From assembly GCA_903896545.1 (NCBI GenBank), contig CAITYF010000151.1:42272-106271 (forward strand): DNA of 64,000 bases, read 5' to 3'. Below, piece after piece: positions 18,412 through 29,321 of this stretch. The notes under the pieces were generated by a model that saw only the letters and a program-made list of their open reading frames with translations, was not told the DNA's origin and made no database searches. The first letter of the stretch is position 1, and each line of letters opens with the position of its first letter. A program made the translations under genes and the position numbers. This stretch comes from an uncultured Myxococcales bacterium. GTDB lineage: Bacteria > Myxococcota_A > UBA9042.

Positions 18412-19389
18412 ATGTCCGACGTACGCGTTTGGCTCAACGGCAAGATGGTTGAGGCGGAGGAGGCACGGCTTCCCCACCTGACTCACACGTTCCACTATGG
18501 TTTGGGCGCCTTTGAAGGCATCCGCGCGTACCAACAACAGAGTGGGCGTGGCGCGGTGTTTCGTCTGGGCGACCACATCAACCGCTTGCTCGCGTCCTGC
18601 CACTTGGTCACGTTGGACCACGGGCTGACCTACGATGTACCGGTTTTGGCGCAAGCCTGCGTGGACACGTTGATCGCCAACGGTTTGGACGAAGGCTACT
18701 TGCGCCCCGTGATCTACATCGCTGACGGCGCGATGGGCATCGGCGCCAAGGGCAATCCCATCCACGCGATGGTTGCGGCATGGAAATGGGGCGCGTACCT
18801 GGGCGAAGAGGGTCTGGCGAACGGGATTCGCGCGTCGATCAGCTCGTTCAAGCGGCCTGGGCACGCTTCGGTGATGTCCAAGGCCAAGCTGACGGGGCAG
18901 TACATCAACTCGATTCTCGCCAAGCGCGAGGCGGTCTCCAACGGCTTTGACGAGGCGATTCTGCTGAATGAGCAAGGCTACGTGACCGAAGCGACCGGCG
19001 AAAATATTTTTATGGTCATCGACGGTGAGCTGACGACGCCGCCACTTTCGGCCAACATTTTGGGCGGCATTACGCGCGCGTCGATCATCGAAATTGCCCG
19101 CAAGCGCGGCATTCGGGTCTCGGAGCGACTCTTCGCCCGCGATGAATTGTACAGCGCCGACGAGGTCTTCTTCACCGGTACCGCCGCAGAGGTGACGCCG
19201 GTGCGCGAGATCGATCGACGCACCATCGGTCGCGGCAAGCGCGGGCCCGTGACGACGGAATTGCAGCAGGCGTTCTTTGACATTGTGCGCGGTCGCAACG
19301 ACGACTATGCGCACTGGCTCACGCCTTTTGATCTGACACCGGCGGCGGATGGCGAAGTGGCAAACGCGCGCATCGCCCTGCCCGTCTGA
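18412..19389 (+). CDS. ilvE: Branched-chain amino-acid aminotransferase
   Basis: Class IV PLP fold: GLGAFEGIRAY, ...KAKLTGQYINSILAKREA..., EVFFTGTAAEVTPV. GGAGG ribosome-binding site before ATG 18412. Confidence 0.85.
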   Translation: MSDVRVWLNGKMVEAEEARLPHLTHTFHYGLGAFEGIRAYQQQSGRGAVFRLGDHINRLLASCHLVTLDHGLTYDVPVLAQACVDTLIANGLDEGYLRPVIYIADGAMGIGAKGNPIHAMVAAWKWGAYLGEEGLANGIRASISSFKRPGHASVMSKAKLTGQYINSILAKREAVSNGFDEAILLNEQGYVTEATGENIFMVIDGELTTPPLSANILGGITRASIIEIARKRGIRVSERLFARDELYSADEVFFTGTAAEVTPVREIDRRTIGRGKRGPVTTELQQAFFDIVRGRNDDYAHWLTPFDLTPAADGEVANARIALPV

Positions 19390-19464
19390 CGCACGAACGG
19401 GTCGGCGCAAGTTCGGTGTCTGATGCCGCGGCAGGCGTCAGGCAGCACAGCATTGGGATGAACA

Positions 19465-20616
19465 GTGGCACTTTTCTCTGAAGAATTCGCTGGCTGGCGA
19501 GACAGCGACTTTGACGCATTCGCACCGATCAAGTGGCGCTCGAACCGGTTTACGCCGGAACGCACCAAGGTGCGCTTGCGCTTGTCGGCAGCGCTCGAGG
19601 GCGCGGTTGCGGCTGCAGGGCTGAGTTCCGCCGGGCTCGAATTGTGGTCGAGCCGCGTCGAACCGGCGCTGATCAACCAGCATGAAGTCCGCGCCGTCAC
19701 CGTCGCGTGGACACGGGTTGGCGCTGAAAACGTCGAGTCCTCGCATATTTACGCCGGCATCGCTGTGGATGAATCCGCGGTGACGCTGCGCCTGCGGCTT
19801 CCGGGCGAGCAACAGGCTGCGTGGCAACCGCTTCTGGCAACGCTGGGGGAACTGGCCGCGCTCTGTGGCATGGCCGTGAAGGTGGGTGCGACCGAAGTGG
19901 CGGCCGACGCCTTGTCGCAGTCCGAGTTGAACGGCGACTTGGTGTTGGAACGCGTGCTGACGCGCGCAGACGCGATCGGTGGTCTACTCACGATCGACGA
20001 GCTCGCGGCGTGGAGCGGGGTGGTCTTGCCGCTCCTGGCGCAATTGCTTGGCGTTACGCTGCAGGCCGCGCCTGTACCTACGCTGCCGCCAGAGGAGCCG
20101 CTGCCGGAGCCTATCGCCGTTCTCGATGAACGCGCCGAGCCGCCGGTTGCGTCTCAAGCGCGCCCGGGTGAACGGGATCCAGCGCCGCGGCGGGGGTATC
20201 GACCACAGTGGGCGCCACAAACACAGGGAAAGACTCAGCAAGCCGACGACGTGCGTCCGCCGATCGAGCGCATCATGCCGCCGACGTGGCATCCGGAGCC
20301 GATCCGACGCCCAGAGCCGCCGCGGCGCCCGGAACCGCAACGCCAGCCGTTCCGTCGTCCCGATTTTCAGCCGCCGCCGCAGCGCCCCGCCCATCAGCCA
20401 AGCTTCTCGCCTGGGCGCACTTTTGAGCTGGGTCCAAACCCGCAGAAGCCCGCTGCGAGTTCGGGCGTGCTGGCTGCCGGGGCGCGTGTGGAGCTACAGA
20501 AGGGCCTGTTCGCAGGCAAAACCGGCACGGTTGCGGAAGTGTCAGGAACGCACGTGCAAGTGCTCTTGGGCTTGATGAACGTGCGCGTTCCGGTCGCAGA
20601 TCTGCGCGTGCTGTGA
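19465..20616 (+). CDS. Hypothetical protein with a conserved N-terminal domain, a Pro/Arg-rich linker and a C-terminal KOW-like motif
   Basis: C-terminal GKTGTVAEVSGTHVQVLLGLMNVRVPVADLRVL resembles a KOW/NusG-type beta-barrel. Middle region is a PEPxRRPEP low-complexity linker. GTG start per the ORF track. Confidence 0.55.
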   Translation: MALFSEEFAGWRDSDFDAFAPIKWRSNRFTPERTKVRLRLSAALEGAVAAAGLSSAGLELWSSRVEPALINQHEVRAVTVAWTRVGAENVESSHIYAGIAVDESAVTLRLRLPGEQQAAWQPLLATLGELAALCGMAVKVGATEVAADALSQSELNGDLVLERVLTRADAIGGLLTIDELAAWSGVVLPLLAQLLGVTLQAAPVPTLPPEEPLPEPIAVLDERAEPPVASQARPGERDPAPRRGYRPQWAPQTQGKTQQADDVRPPIERIMPPTWHPEPIRRPEPPRRPEPQRQPFRRPDFQPPPQRPAHQPSFSPGRTFELGPNPQKPAASSGVLAAGARVELQKGLFAGKTGTVAEVSGTHVQVLLGLMNVRVPVADLRVL

Positions 20617-20619
20617 CGG

Positions 20620-21816
20620 CTACAAGCTGCCCGACCGCACGAGCGCCGCGACAATCATCCAGGCGAGCGTGAAAACCAACGCTCCGGCGCCTACCGCCAG
20701 AAACTGCAGGGTTGCCCGCCGCGTTGGCCACCAGTCGGGCCGCGCAGGCGACGCGATCGCGGGCGGCGCCAGCGGGATTTGACTGACAATCGTGAACGGC
20801 GACTGCAGAAACGACGTGCGGTCCAAGTGCGGCAGCGGCGGGGTTTCGACGTCGGACGGCTGGCGTGTGCCTTCGGGCGCGTCCGCGAGGATGCCCGCCA
20901 CAAGTGCCGCCAAGGCCGCGGCGTCAAAGCCCGGTGCTGCTGACGACAACCAGCGGTCGAGCGCATCGGCAACTTCCGCAGCGCTGCTTGGACGCAGATT
21001 GCGGTCGCGATTGAGACAGTGCGCCGTGATGTCCGCGAGCGGCTGCGGCACGTCGGGCATGATCGAACGCACCGGCGGAATGACGCCTTCGCGCACGGCG
21101 TGCAGCACGGCGAACGGCGACGCGGTCTCCTTCTGGCGAAACAAGCCTTGCGTCGTCAGCAACTCGAACAGGCAGATCCCCAAGCTGAACACGTCCGATC
21201 GCGGATCCAGCGGTTGTGCACCAGCTTGTTCCGGGCTCATGTACGCGTACTTGCCTTTGATCACGCCGGCGATCGTCTGCTCGACCTTGGCCGCGACCTT
21301 GGCGACGCCAAAATCGATCAGCTTGACCTCGCCGCGCGTACTAATCAGGACATTTTGCGGCGAAACGTCCCGGTGGACGATCCCCAATGGCCGCCCGTCC
21401 GTGCCACGCATCGTGTGGGCGTGATCCAACCCGCGCGCCATCGCCGAAACGATGAACGCCACCGCCACCGGGTCCAGACGCTCACCCATCGCGGACACAA
21501 CTTGCACGAGCGCGCCCAGATCCACGCCGTCGACGTACTCCATCACGAAGTACCACACGCCATCGTGGTGCCCCAACTCAAACGTCTGCGCGATCGCCGG
21601 GTGATCAAAGCGCATGCAGAGCTTGGCTTCCTGCACGAGCATGTCCACAGCGGCGCGGTCGTTGCCCAACTGCGGGTGCATGCGCTTGACCGCAACGAGT
21701 CGCGGTTGACCTTGAATCGACGGAGCTTTTGCGAGAAACACCTCGGCCATGCCGCCACGTCCGACGCGTCGGAGTAGCTCGTAGGGACCAAAGGGTTGGG
21801 GAAAGTCGCCTCTCAC
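20620..21816 (-). CDS. Ser/Thr protein kinase, tail-anchored by a single C-terminal transmembrane helix
   Basis: Gly loop GRGGMAEV, VAVK lysine, HRDVSPQNVLIS catalytic loop, DFG, SPE. C-terminal LQFLAVGAGALVFTLAWMIVAALV. Start taken as GTG 21816; the upper 630 codons of the 1032-aa ORF are an antisense shadow of the FG-GAP gene. Confidence 0.8.
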   Translation of the reverse strand: MRGDFPQPFGPYELLRRVGRGGMAEVFLAKAPSIQGQPRLVAVKRMHPQLGNDRAAVDMLVQEAKLCMRFDHPAIAQTFELGHHDGVWYFVMEYVDGVDLGALVQVVSAMGERLDPVAVAFIVSAMARGLDHAHTMRGTDGRPLGIVHRDVSPQNVLISTRGEVKLIDFGVAKVAAKVEQTIAGVIKGKYAYMSPEQAGAQPLDPRSDVFSLGICLFELLTTQGLFRQKETASPFAVLHAVREGVIPPVRSIMPDVPQPLADITAHCLNRDRNLRPSSAAEVADALDRWLSSAAPGFDAAALAALVAGILADAPEGTRQPSDVETPPLPHLDRTSFLQSPFTIVSQIPLAPPAIASPARPDWWPTRRATLQFLAVGAGALVFTLAWMIVAALVRSGSL

Positions 21817-21915
21817 GCGCGGCAGGGTAGCGGCGCACGAGGGACTGTGCAAATCTCCGCGCAAACGACGCGGCGCAAAAGACACGGATGTCGCGTCGGC
21901 GCAAGGAAGGTGAGC

Positions 21916-24204
21916 ATGCGGCGCTTGGCGTTTCTTCTCCTGACGTGGAGCCTGTTGGCGCTTCCACTGGCGGTCTGGGCTGCGGAAGTGCCCGCATCGT
22001 TCCAGTTTGACGCGGGACCGGGCGTGAAGGGACTGACCATCCTCGGCAAGCCGCTGCCCGTAGGTACGCTGCTGGCGAGCGGCTTTCGTGCCGAACACCG
22101 TTTGAGATTGACGAAGCTGGCGATCGCAGGCTGGGGAACGCCCGGCGCGCTTGAAGTGCACGTGTGGCGTGATGATGGCGGCAATCAGCCCGGCGCGCCG
22201 GAAGGCCAATTCGCGACGAGCGACGCGGCCGATCGCATGACGCCGCGCAAAGTGCCGACTGCCGCCAATGGCGAATGGGTCGACGTTGACCTCAGCGATA
22301 ACCCAATTGAGATTGAACCGTTGGAGCTGTTTTGGGTCGGGGTGCGCACCCTGAAGGAAGGAACCAGCGTCGCGTTTGACGCGATTCCGCCGCCTGAAGG
22401 CACGGTCACCGGCATGGTCCAGACGCCCGAAGCCGTCACGCAGTGCGTCGATGGCTGCGGCATCCCGGGCAACCTGCTCTTGCGCGCAGAGGGCGTCTAC
22501 GTCGATCCAGTCGCAAAGACTTGGTTCACCGACATCACAACGCTCGCGGGCATCACGTCCAGCGGTCGCGTGGCGATTGCCGACTACGACGACGACGGCG
22601 ACGACGACGTGCTCATCGGCGGCGCGCAGCTGTGGAGAAATGACGGCAAGGCTCACTTCGTCGACGTCACGGCCAAGGTCGGCCTGAGTGGTTTGGGCGG
22701 CGCAGGCGGCGTGTGGGGCGACTACGACAACGACGGCCGCCTGGACATCTTCGTCTTTGGTGGACGCGAACACCTGATTCATCAAAACAGCGACGGCACA
22801 TTTGTCGAAGCCAACGCAGGCGAGTTCATCGAGGATCCAGCACGCGACTTCCCGACTGAAGCGGCAAGTTGGGTCGACGTGGACAACGACGGGCGCTTGG
22901 ACGTGTACACAGCGAACTACGAAGTGCTCGCCAAGGACGCAAACGGCGTGGACATCCTCGGCATCTGCGACTGGCACTTCCTCTGGAAACAGGACGAAAC
23001 TGGGCACTTTCACGACGTCGCCAAAGCGTACGGCATGCACACCAAGAAGGAGTGCGGCCGCAGCGTGACCGCCAACGACTGGGATCAGGACGGCGATCAG
23101 GACATCTACGTCGGCAACTACCGGCTGAATCCCAATTACTTGTGGCAGAACGACTTCGAGCAGCCCCACATGACCGACACCGGCAAGGCCACCGGCACGC
23201 GCGGCGTGGGGACCAACAACGACTTTGGTCACACGATCGGCGCGACGTGGGTCGACGCGGACGACGACGGCGACTTCGATCTCTTCGTCGCCAATCTCGC
23301 GCATCCGCGCTTCATCGGCTTTTCCGATCGCTCCAAGTTCTACCAAAATCTCGGCGCGGACAGCGGCTGGACGTTCTCTGAACACCGTGAGATGAGCGGA
23401 ATCGGCTATCTGGAAACGCACTCGAATCCGGATTTTGCCGACTTCGACAACGACGGGGACCTCGACCTGTCGCTCACCGCGGTCTACAAGGGCCGCCTCG
23501 GGCAGTTTTGGCGCAACGACGGCCGCAGCGACGCAACGTGGCTGACGTTCTCCGACGCAACCTATTCCACCGGCTGGATCGTCGACAACGGGTGGGGCAG
23601 CGCGTGGGGCGATCTGGACGGCGACGGCGACCTCGATCAAGTGGTCAACAAGGTTTTCCGCAACGACTATGGCGACGTCAGCGGCGACCATGGACACTGG
23701 CTCAAGGTCAAGTTGCACGGAACCCAGAAGGTCAACGGCGCGGCGATCGGCGCGTGGGTCACGATCGATCTAGGGGACGGCAAAATGCGTTCGCGGCTGG
23801 TCCACGGCGGCCACGGGGTGGGTTGTCAGGACTCGCTGACGCTGCATTTTGGCCTGGGCAAACAGACCGTCGTGCAAGGCGTGACCGTGCACTGGCCAGG
23901 ATTGCCCGCCGAGACGTTTGGCCCGTTTGCAGCCGACCAAGTGCTGCGGGTAACGGAAGGTCAAGGCGCGACCGGCAAAGGTGTCGACGCGCCGGACGCG
24001 GTGGGAGACGCAGCCGGCGACGGTCTTGGCGCGGACGTTGGGGGCGATGACACAACCGCGGACGCCGCAGCGCCCCGAGCGTCGAGTGGCTGCAAGGCAA
24101 GCCCCCATCGCTCTGAGAACGCGGGATGGCTAGCGCTCTTCGCTTGTTCGGCCGCTATTCTTGGGCGACGCCGAAACGCGGCTACTTCGGGCACGCGCTC
24201 TTGA
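21916..24204 (+). CDS. Secreted FG-GAP/VCBS-repeat protein with a UnbV/ASPIC domain (CRTAC1-like) and a MYXO-CTERM-like sorting tail
   Basis: Signal peptide MRRLAFLLLTWSLLALPLAVWA. Repeated DxDxDGxxD FG-GAP calcium motifs. HGGHGVGCQDSLTLHFGLG is an ASPIC/UnbV signature. C-terminal SSGCKASPHRSENAGWLALFACSAAILGRRRN has a Cys, a hydrophobic stretch, then RRR. Confidence 0.8.
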   Translation: MRRLAFLLLTWSLLALPLAVWAAEVPASFQFDAGPGVKGLTILGKPLPVGTLLASGFRAEHRLRLTKLAIAGWGTPGALEVHVWRDDGGNQPGAPEGQFATSDAADRMTPRKVPTAANGEWVDVDLSDNPIEIEPLELFWVGVRTLKEGTSVAFDAIPPPEGTVTGMVQTPEAVTQCVDGCGIPGNLLLRAEGVYVDPVAKTWFTDITTLAGITSSGRVAIADYDDDGDDDVLIGGAQLWRNDGKAHFVDVTAKVGLSGLGGAGGVWGDYDNDGRLDIFVFGGREHLIHQNSDGTFVEANAGEFIEDPARDFPTEAASWVDVDNDGRLDVYTANYEVLAKDANGVDILGICDWHFLWKQDETGHFHDVAKAYGMHTKKECGRSVTANDWDQDGDQDIYVGNYRLNPNYLWQNDFEQPHMTDTGKATGTRGVGTNNDFGHTIGATWVDADDDGDFDLFVANLAHPRFIGFSDRSKFYQNLGADSGWTFSEHREMSGIGYLETHSNPDFADFDNDGDLDLSLTAVYKGRLGQFWRNDGRSDATWLTFSDATYSTGWIVDNGWGSAWGDLDGDGDLDQVVNKVFRNDYGDVSGDHGHWLKVKLHGTQKVNGAAIGAWVTIDLGDGKMRSRLVHGGHGVGCQDSLTLHFGLGKQTVVQGVTVHWPGLPAETFGPFAADQVLRVTEGQGATGKGVDAPDAVGDAAGDGLGADVGGDDTTADAAAPRASSGCKASPHRSENAGWLALFACSAAILGRRRNAATSGTRS

Positions 24205-25573
24205 GCGCCTGAACGCCCTGCACCAGCTTGAACGTTTGCCCCGTCGCAGCGTCGTACACCGGCTTCCCGGTTTGCTGCAGGAGCTTGTACAACGCGGCGC
24301 TCGTCAGTGATGGTTTGCATGCCATCAGCAGCGCGCCCACGCCCACGGCGACTGGAGACGCCTGAGACGTGCCCGACATCGTCGCCGTTCCACCGCCCAG
24401 TCCAACGGACACGATCGGCGCACCTGGCGCGACCAACTTCAGGTTCGTGCCGCGGTTGGAGAAACACGTGAGCTGGCCCGCCTTCGGCGACTTGTCCGCG
24501 CACAGTCCGGGATAGCTCGCCGACGGCAGGTCGCGGGAGTACACAGCACCAACTGCGCGGACTTGCGACAAACATGCCGGATTGCCAAGACCGTTCAAGG
24601 CCCCGCCGTTGCCGGCAGCGGCAAAAACTGCGACGCCCTTTTGCCCCAGCAGCTTGACGGCCTTGGCCGTCGCAGAGTCAAACTTGTCGCACGCCGCCGC
24701 CCAAGTCTGTTGCGAACCGAGGCTCAGGTTCACAACGCGGACGTTCAGCGCCTTGGCGTGCGCCGCAACCCAGTCAAGCCCCGCGAGAATGTCCGACTGA
24801 CTGCCTGCGCCCGACTTGTCGAGCACACGCACGGCGACAACGTCAGCACCAGAAGCGATACCGGGCGCTGCGACTTTGCCTGCGCTGACCAAAATGCCCG
24901 CGACGTGTGTCCCGTGGCCTTCGTCATCCGTGGCGAAGTTCGATTCACTTGTCCACTTTGGCGGACACGCACCTTGGGTGAAGCAATGTTGCGCCGCCAC
25001 ATGCGTCGCGAGATCCGGGTGCAGCGGGTCGATGCCCGTGTCGATCACGGCGATCCGGACGCCTGCTCCGGTGTATCCGAGCTTGTGCGCGTCCGTCGCC
25101 TGCACCATCGCCCCGGCGTACTTCAGCACGGTCGTCATGCGCAGGTCCTCTTGAACCGACTCGACTTCGGGCATCGCCGCGATCGCGTCACGCCAAGCGC
25201 CTCGCGCATGCAGCGCCAGCGCGGGCAAAAGCGTGTACACGCGCAGCACACGCACTTCTGCACCCGGCAGCCGATTCAACACCGACTGTCGAGCCGCGGC
25301 GATTCGCGCCTCCCGTTCGGAGTCGTCCAACGCGTCGTCGAGGTCCAGCTTGAAGTTGACGATGAACGGCCGCGCCGCATCAGCCTGCTGTGGCATCGCA
25401 GCCGCAAGCGTGCTCGGTGAAAAGTCCGTGCCGTCTGCCGCCGTGTCCTCGGCCACCCGCGCGTCGAGCGCTGTGGGTGGATTGGCGGGCGCGGTATCGC
25501 AAGCGACGAGAAGAACCGAAAACAGCGCCGCGATCAGCACGCGCGAAGCGCCAAGCGAGAGAAACTTGTACAT
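24182..25573 (-). CDS. Subtilisin-like serine protease (peptidase S8), lipoprotein
   Basis: Lipobox LLVAC. Catalytic triad contexts VIDTGID (Asp), HGTHVAG (His), GTSQASP (Ser). Start at M27 of the ORF. Confidence 0.85.
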   Translation of the reverse strand: MYKFLSLGASRVLIAALFSVLLVACDTAPANPPTALDARVAEDTAADGTDFSPSTLAAAMPQQADAARPFIVNFKLDLDDALDDSEREARIAAARQSVLNRLPGAEVRVLRVYTLLPALALHARGAWRDAIAAMPEVESVQEDLRMTTVLKYAGAMVQATDAHKLGYTGAGVRIAVIDTGIDPLHPDLATHVAAQHCFTQGACPPKWTSESNFATDDEGHGTHVAGILVSAGKVAAPGIASGADVVAVRVLDKSGAGSQSDILAGLDWVAAHAKALNVRVVNLSLGSQQTWAAACDKFDSATAKAVKLLGQKGVAVFAAAGNGGALNGLGNPACLSQVRAVGAVYSRDLPSASYPGLCADKSPKAGQLTCFSNRGTNLKLVAPGAPIVSVGLGGGTATMSGTSQASPVAVGVGALLMACKPSLTSAALYKLLQQTGKPVYDAATGQTFKLVQGVQALKSACPK

Positions 25574-25819
25574 GCGAACTCCAGATGCGAACGGTCGATG
25601 TGTCGCTGGAGCGCGTTGTGCAGGGAACGTGCCAAATTCCGGTTCTGGCAAATGTCGTTATGCAACAAGTCATTGCAACTCACTGCGTGTTTGGGAGTCG
25701 GTCAAGTGAGACCAGAATGCAGTCTCACAAGTCTCAGGTCGTAAGGTCCACGAATTTCCGACCTCTGGGCTTTCGTCCTGATCCAGCGCGGTTCGGGCAG
25801 GTTTGGCCCCGAACTTCGT

Positions 25820-26683
25820 TCACAGGATTTGGGTCGGCGGCGAGACCAATGAGACCAGTGAGACCTGTTCGTCGCGGTCCAGAAGACGGGAAAGCTCAGG
25901 CGCGTGCGGCAACAGGTGGGACTGCGCCGGACCAAACGGCAGGTAGTGCGCCATGACATTGCGCGGCACGTCCGGAAAGTCACGGCGGAGGCGCTCCATG
26001 ACCGGGCGCGTGCAACAGTCCAGATGCCCAGGTAGCGCGAGGTGGCGCAGCATCAGTCCGCGCGATCGGGCGAATTCCAGCGTCTTGCTCACCTCCCGCG
26101 CGTCCAGTTCGCCATCGACGCCCGCAATCCGCGTCGCGCAGGCCGGGTTACCAAACTTCAAGTCAATCAGCCACTTCGAGACGACCGGGGCAAGTAACGC
26201 GCGGGCGAGGTCGCTCATCCAGCCATTGCAGTTCCAGACAACGGGCAGCCACACGTCGTCGGGCACCTGGGCCAGAGCTTCCAGCACGCCCACCAGACTC
26301 ACGGTCGGATCGCCGCCGACAAACGAGACCGTGCGGGCACCCTGCGCGCGGCGTCTACGCAGCTTCTCGACGAACCACGCCGGCTCCAGCGGCAGTGTCA
26401 ATCCAGCCGTGGGTCGCGCGACATGTGCCCATTCGGAGCAGTACAGGCAGCGCATGCTGCAGCCGCCGAGATCGATGAGCCAGGTGGGCGAAATCTCGGC
26501 TTCTTCGCCGACGGACAAGAGTTCACGGTAGACGTGCGCGGTGGCGTCCAGACGGCAGAATGCGCCGTGGCGACTTCGCGTGCGGTCAACGCCGCAGGCA
26601 CGCGGACACAAGGAGCACGCGCGCAGGCTCACGCGAGCGGCATCCAGGTGATCGACGCTGATTCTACTTGAGGCGATTGCCAT
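25820..26683 (-). CDS. Radical SAM enzyme of the PflX / pyruvate-formate-lyase-activase-like family
   Basis: CSMRCLYC is a CX3CX2C radical SAM motif. N-terminal [21 protein letters not shown] is characteristic of PflX (COG1313)-type proteins. Its start overlaps the hscA stop by 20 nt. Confidence 0.7.
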   Translation of the reverse strand: MAIASSRISVDHLDAARVSLRACSLCPRACGVDRTRSRHGAFCRLDATAHVYRELLSVGEEAEISPTWLIDLGGCSMRCLYCSEWAHVARPTAGLTLPLEPAWFVEKLRRRRAQGARTVSFVGGDPTVSLVGVLEALAQVPDDVWLPVVWNCNGWMSDLARALLAPVVSKWLIDLKFGNPACATRIAGVDGELDAREVSKTLEFARSRGLMLRHLALPGHLDCCTRPVMERLRRDFPDVPRNVMAHYLPFGPAQSHLLPHAPELSRLLDRDEQVSLVSLVSPPTQIL

Positions 26684-28595
26684 GATGGTCCGGCTTGATC
26701 GCCGCCGGATCCGGCGCCTGCGCCAACACATCGGGCAAAAGTGGATCGTGGACTGCGTCGTTGAGCGCGGCTGCAAACGACAACTCCGCCAAGCGCCACG
26801 TCGCATCGTTCAGACGACGCTGCGCTTTGCGCACGGGATCCGACTGCTCCGTGCGAACCGCTGCGATCAGTCCGGCAATCGCGCCGTCGATCTCTTCGCG
26901 TTCGTCGGCGTCCAGCCGCCCACCAGCCGCGCCCGCCAGCGCACGCCGCGTCGCCTCCAGGATCTGATCGGCCTCGTTTTTCGCGTCCAGAAACATGCGG
27001 TAGTTCAGGTCTTCTTCCGCGTGGTCAAACGCGTCTTCCAGCATCCGCACAACTTCGTCATCGGTCAGCCCGTAGGTCGGCTTGACTTCGATGGTCTTCT
27101 CCAGCCCCGTCCGCACGTCCTTCGCCGTCACGTGCAGAATGCCGTTCGCGTCGATCAGGAACGTCACCGCGACGCGGGCGAGCCCCGCCGGCATCGGCTC
27201 AATTGGGATGACAAACTTCGCCAGGCTGCGACAGTCTTTCACCAGCTCGCGGTCGCCTTGCAAAATGTGCACGACCACGCCGGTCTGGTTGTCGACTGAC
27301 GTCGTGAATTCTTCGGTCGCGGAAGCGGGAATCGAGCTGTTGCGGTTGATGATCTTCACCACGACGTCGCCGACCGTCTCCATACCCAAGGACAGCGGCG
27401 TCACGTCGAGCAGCAACATGTCGCGCCGTCCCGTCGTCATGATGTCGGCCTGCACCGCTGCACCCAGCGCGACGACCTGATCCGGATCAATGTCACCGCG
27501 CGGCACTTTGCCAAAAAGCTCCTGGACCTTGCGTCGCACCAATGGAATCCGCGTTGATCCGCCGACCAGCAGCACTTCATCCAGTTCCGCCAACTTCACC
27601 CCGGAATCGCGCAGCGCCTGTCGGCACGGCCCCAGCGTCTTCTCGACCAGCGGCAGGATGAGCGCTTCCAGATCGGCGCGCGTAAACGCCAGTTCCACGC
27701 GCTGACCGGCGGACAGTTCCAGCTGCACAGTCGCCTGATGCGCGTCCGAGAGCGCGATCTTCAGGTCGATGCATGCCTTGCGGAGCCGCTGCAAAAGCGC
27801 CGCGTCACCGGCCACAGGCACGCCAGCTTGCGCGAGCTGCGCCGCCACGGTTTCCACCAGCAGCCGATCAAAGTCGTCACCACCCAGATGCGTGTCGCCG
27901 TTGGTCGCCAGCACCTCGGTCAGCCCTTCGTGCATCGCCAGAATCGAGACGTCAAAAGTGCCGCCGCCGAGATCGTAGACGACGATCTTCCCCTCAGGCT
28001 TCTTGTCCAGGCCATACGCCAGCGCCGCCGCCGTCGGTTCATTGACAATGCGGAGCACTTCCAGCCCGGCGATCCGCCCCGCGTCCTTGGTCGCCTGGCG
28101 CTGCGCGTCGTTGAAGTACGCCGGCACGGTCACCACCGCTTTTTCGACCGGCTGCCCCAGATGCGCCTCCGCCCGTCGCTTGAGCTCGCGCAGCACGTGG
28201 GCGCTCAGTTCGGGCGGACTCAGCTTCTGGCCTGCGACTTCGATCCGCACGGCCGCCGATCCCTTGGCCGTGTGCACCTGAAACGGCAGAATTCCCAGCT
28301 CATCGACCACTTCCAGCGCGCTGCGGCCCATCATGCGCTTGACTGAGTAGATCGTGCGTTCCGGGTGCGTCAGCAGCGCCCGATTGGCGGGATGCCCGAC
28401 GGATTCCAGCTGGCCGTTCGCGTCAAAAGCGATGACTGACGGCACCATCGGGCCTTCATCGCCCGCGATCACGTGCGGCTGACCGTCCGCGGCGACGTAG
28501 GCCACGAGGCTATTGGTCGTGCCCAAGTCGATGCCGACCGCCACAACCTTCTTTTCCGGGCGCTTGTCGCCGCCAAACGAGACTTGAATCGACAT
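26664..28595 (-). CDS. hscA: Fe-S cluster assembly chaperone HscA (Hsp70 family)
   Basis: [19 protein letters not shown] and VGGSTRIP Hsp70 ATPase motifs, found inside the isc operon. Confidence 0.85.
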   Translation of the reverse strand: MSIQVSFGGDKRPEKKVVAVGIDLGTTNSLVAYVAADGQPHVIAGDEGPMVPSVIAFDANGQLESVGHPANRALLTHPERTIYSVKRMMGRSALEVVDELGILPFQVHTAKGSAAVRIEVAGQKLSPPELSAHVLRELKRRAEAHLGQPVEKAVVTVPAYFNDAQRQATKDAGRIAGLEVLRIVNEPTAAALAYGLDKKPEGKIVVYDLGGGTFDVSILAMHEGLTEVLATNGDTHLGGDDFDRLLVETVAAQLAQAGVPVAGDAALLQRLRKACIDLKIALSDAHQATVQLELSAGQRVELAFTRADLEALILPLVEKTLGPCRQALRDSGVKLAELDEVLLVGGSTRIPLVRRKVQELFGKVPRGDIDPDQVVALGAAVQADIMTTGRRDMLLLDVTPLSLGMETVGDVVVKIINRNSSIPASATEEFTTSVDNQTGVVVHILQGDRELVKDCRSLAKFVIPIEPMPAGLARVAVTFLIDANGILHVTAKDVRTGLEKTIEVKPTYGLTDDEVVRMLEDAFDHAEEDLNYRMFLDAKNEADQILEATRRALAGAAGGRLDADEREEIDGAIAGLIAAVRTEQSDPVRKAQRRLNDATWRLAELSFAAALNDAVHDPLLPDVLAQAPDPAAIKPDHHGNRLK

Positions 28596-28602
28596 GCGTT
28601 GC

Positions 28603-29298
28603 TCAATTGGCTGAATCAGCCGGATCCGCAGAAGTAAGCGCCGCGCGAGCACGGCCAATCAAGTTGTCGACGTAGCGCGCTTGCCCCAGCGTTGCGCGCA
28701 GCTGCGTGCGTGCGTGCGCTGCGGCCGAAGGTTCAGCCGACGCTTCCGCAGCATCCCACGCCGCGGCCATCGTTGCCAATTCTGCGGTCAGCGCAGCGCG
28801 GCGTTCGTCCAAGTCACCGAGCAGTTCGGTCAACTGCGCGCACGCCGCGGGATCCTGTCCCGCTTCGTCGATCGCCTCATTGGCGTCCATCACCAGGGCC
28901 AAGAGCGCGGCGGGCGGTCGATACCGCTCATCGGGATTCTCACCCGCCAACGCGAGCACGTAGACGGCGCGCTGTTCGAGCGTCTTCAGCCCACGCCAGG
29001 CGTCGTTCACCCGCGACGAATGCCACTGTGCGCGCGCAACGGCTTCCGGACCTTGGGCGTGGAAGCGGTCCGGATGCAAACCGCGAATCAGGCTGCGATG
29101 GGCGATCTCGATCGCGTCGGCATCCAGAAGAATCCGCCGCGGCAAACCGAGAATCCCGAAGTGGTCGGGGTCAGGTTCACCGGGCTGCGGCTGACGATGC
29201 AGGTCAATCGCACCCGTTTGCGGGTTGAAGACCCACGGCCGAACCGCGCGCGGCGCGTCAGGCGAATCCGCGGCAGGTTGGTCAAATTGCTCGGCCAT
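28603..29298 (-). CDS. hscB: Co-chaperone HscB (J-domain protein)
   Basis: J domain with the HPD motif (HFGILGL...RGLHPDRF). Position between iscA and hscA. Confidence 0.75.
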   Translation of the reverse strand: MAEQFDQPAADSPDAPRAVRPWVFNPQTGAIDLHRQPQPGEPDPDHFGILGLPRRILLDADAIEIAHRSLIRGLHPDRFHAQGPEAVARAQWHSSRVNDAWRGLKTLEQRAVYVLALAGENPDERYRPPAALLALVMDANEAIDEAGQDPAACAQLTELLGDLDERRAALTAELATMAAAWDAAEASAEPSAAAHARTQLRATLGQARYVDNLIGRARAALTSADPADSAN

Positions 29299-29321
29299 GG
29301 GGAAGTGTCCGGGGCGAAGGA

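Noticed and set aside
21817-23718. Upper 630 codons of the 1032-aa minus-strand ORF 20620..23718
   Set aside because: This is the antisense shadow of the FG-GAP/ASPIC gene in high-GC DNA. Only the C-terminal 398 aa form a coherent Ser/Thr kinase, so the gene was trimmed to 20620..21816.
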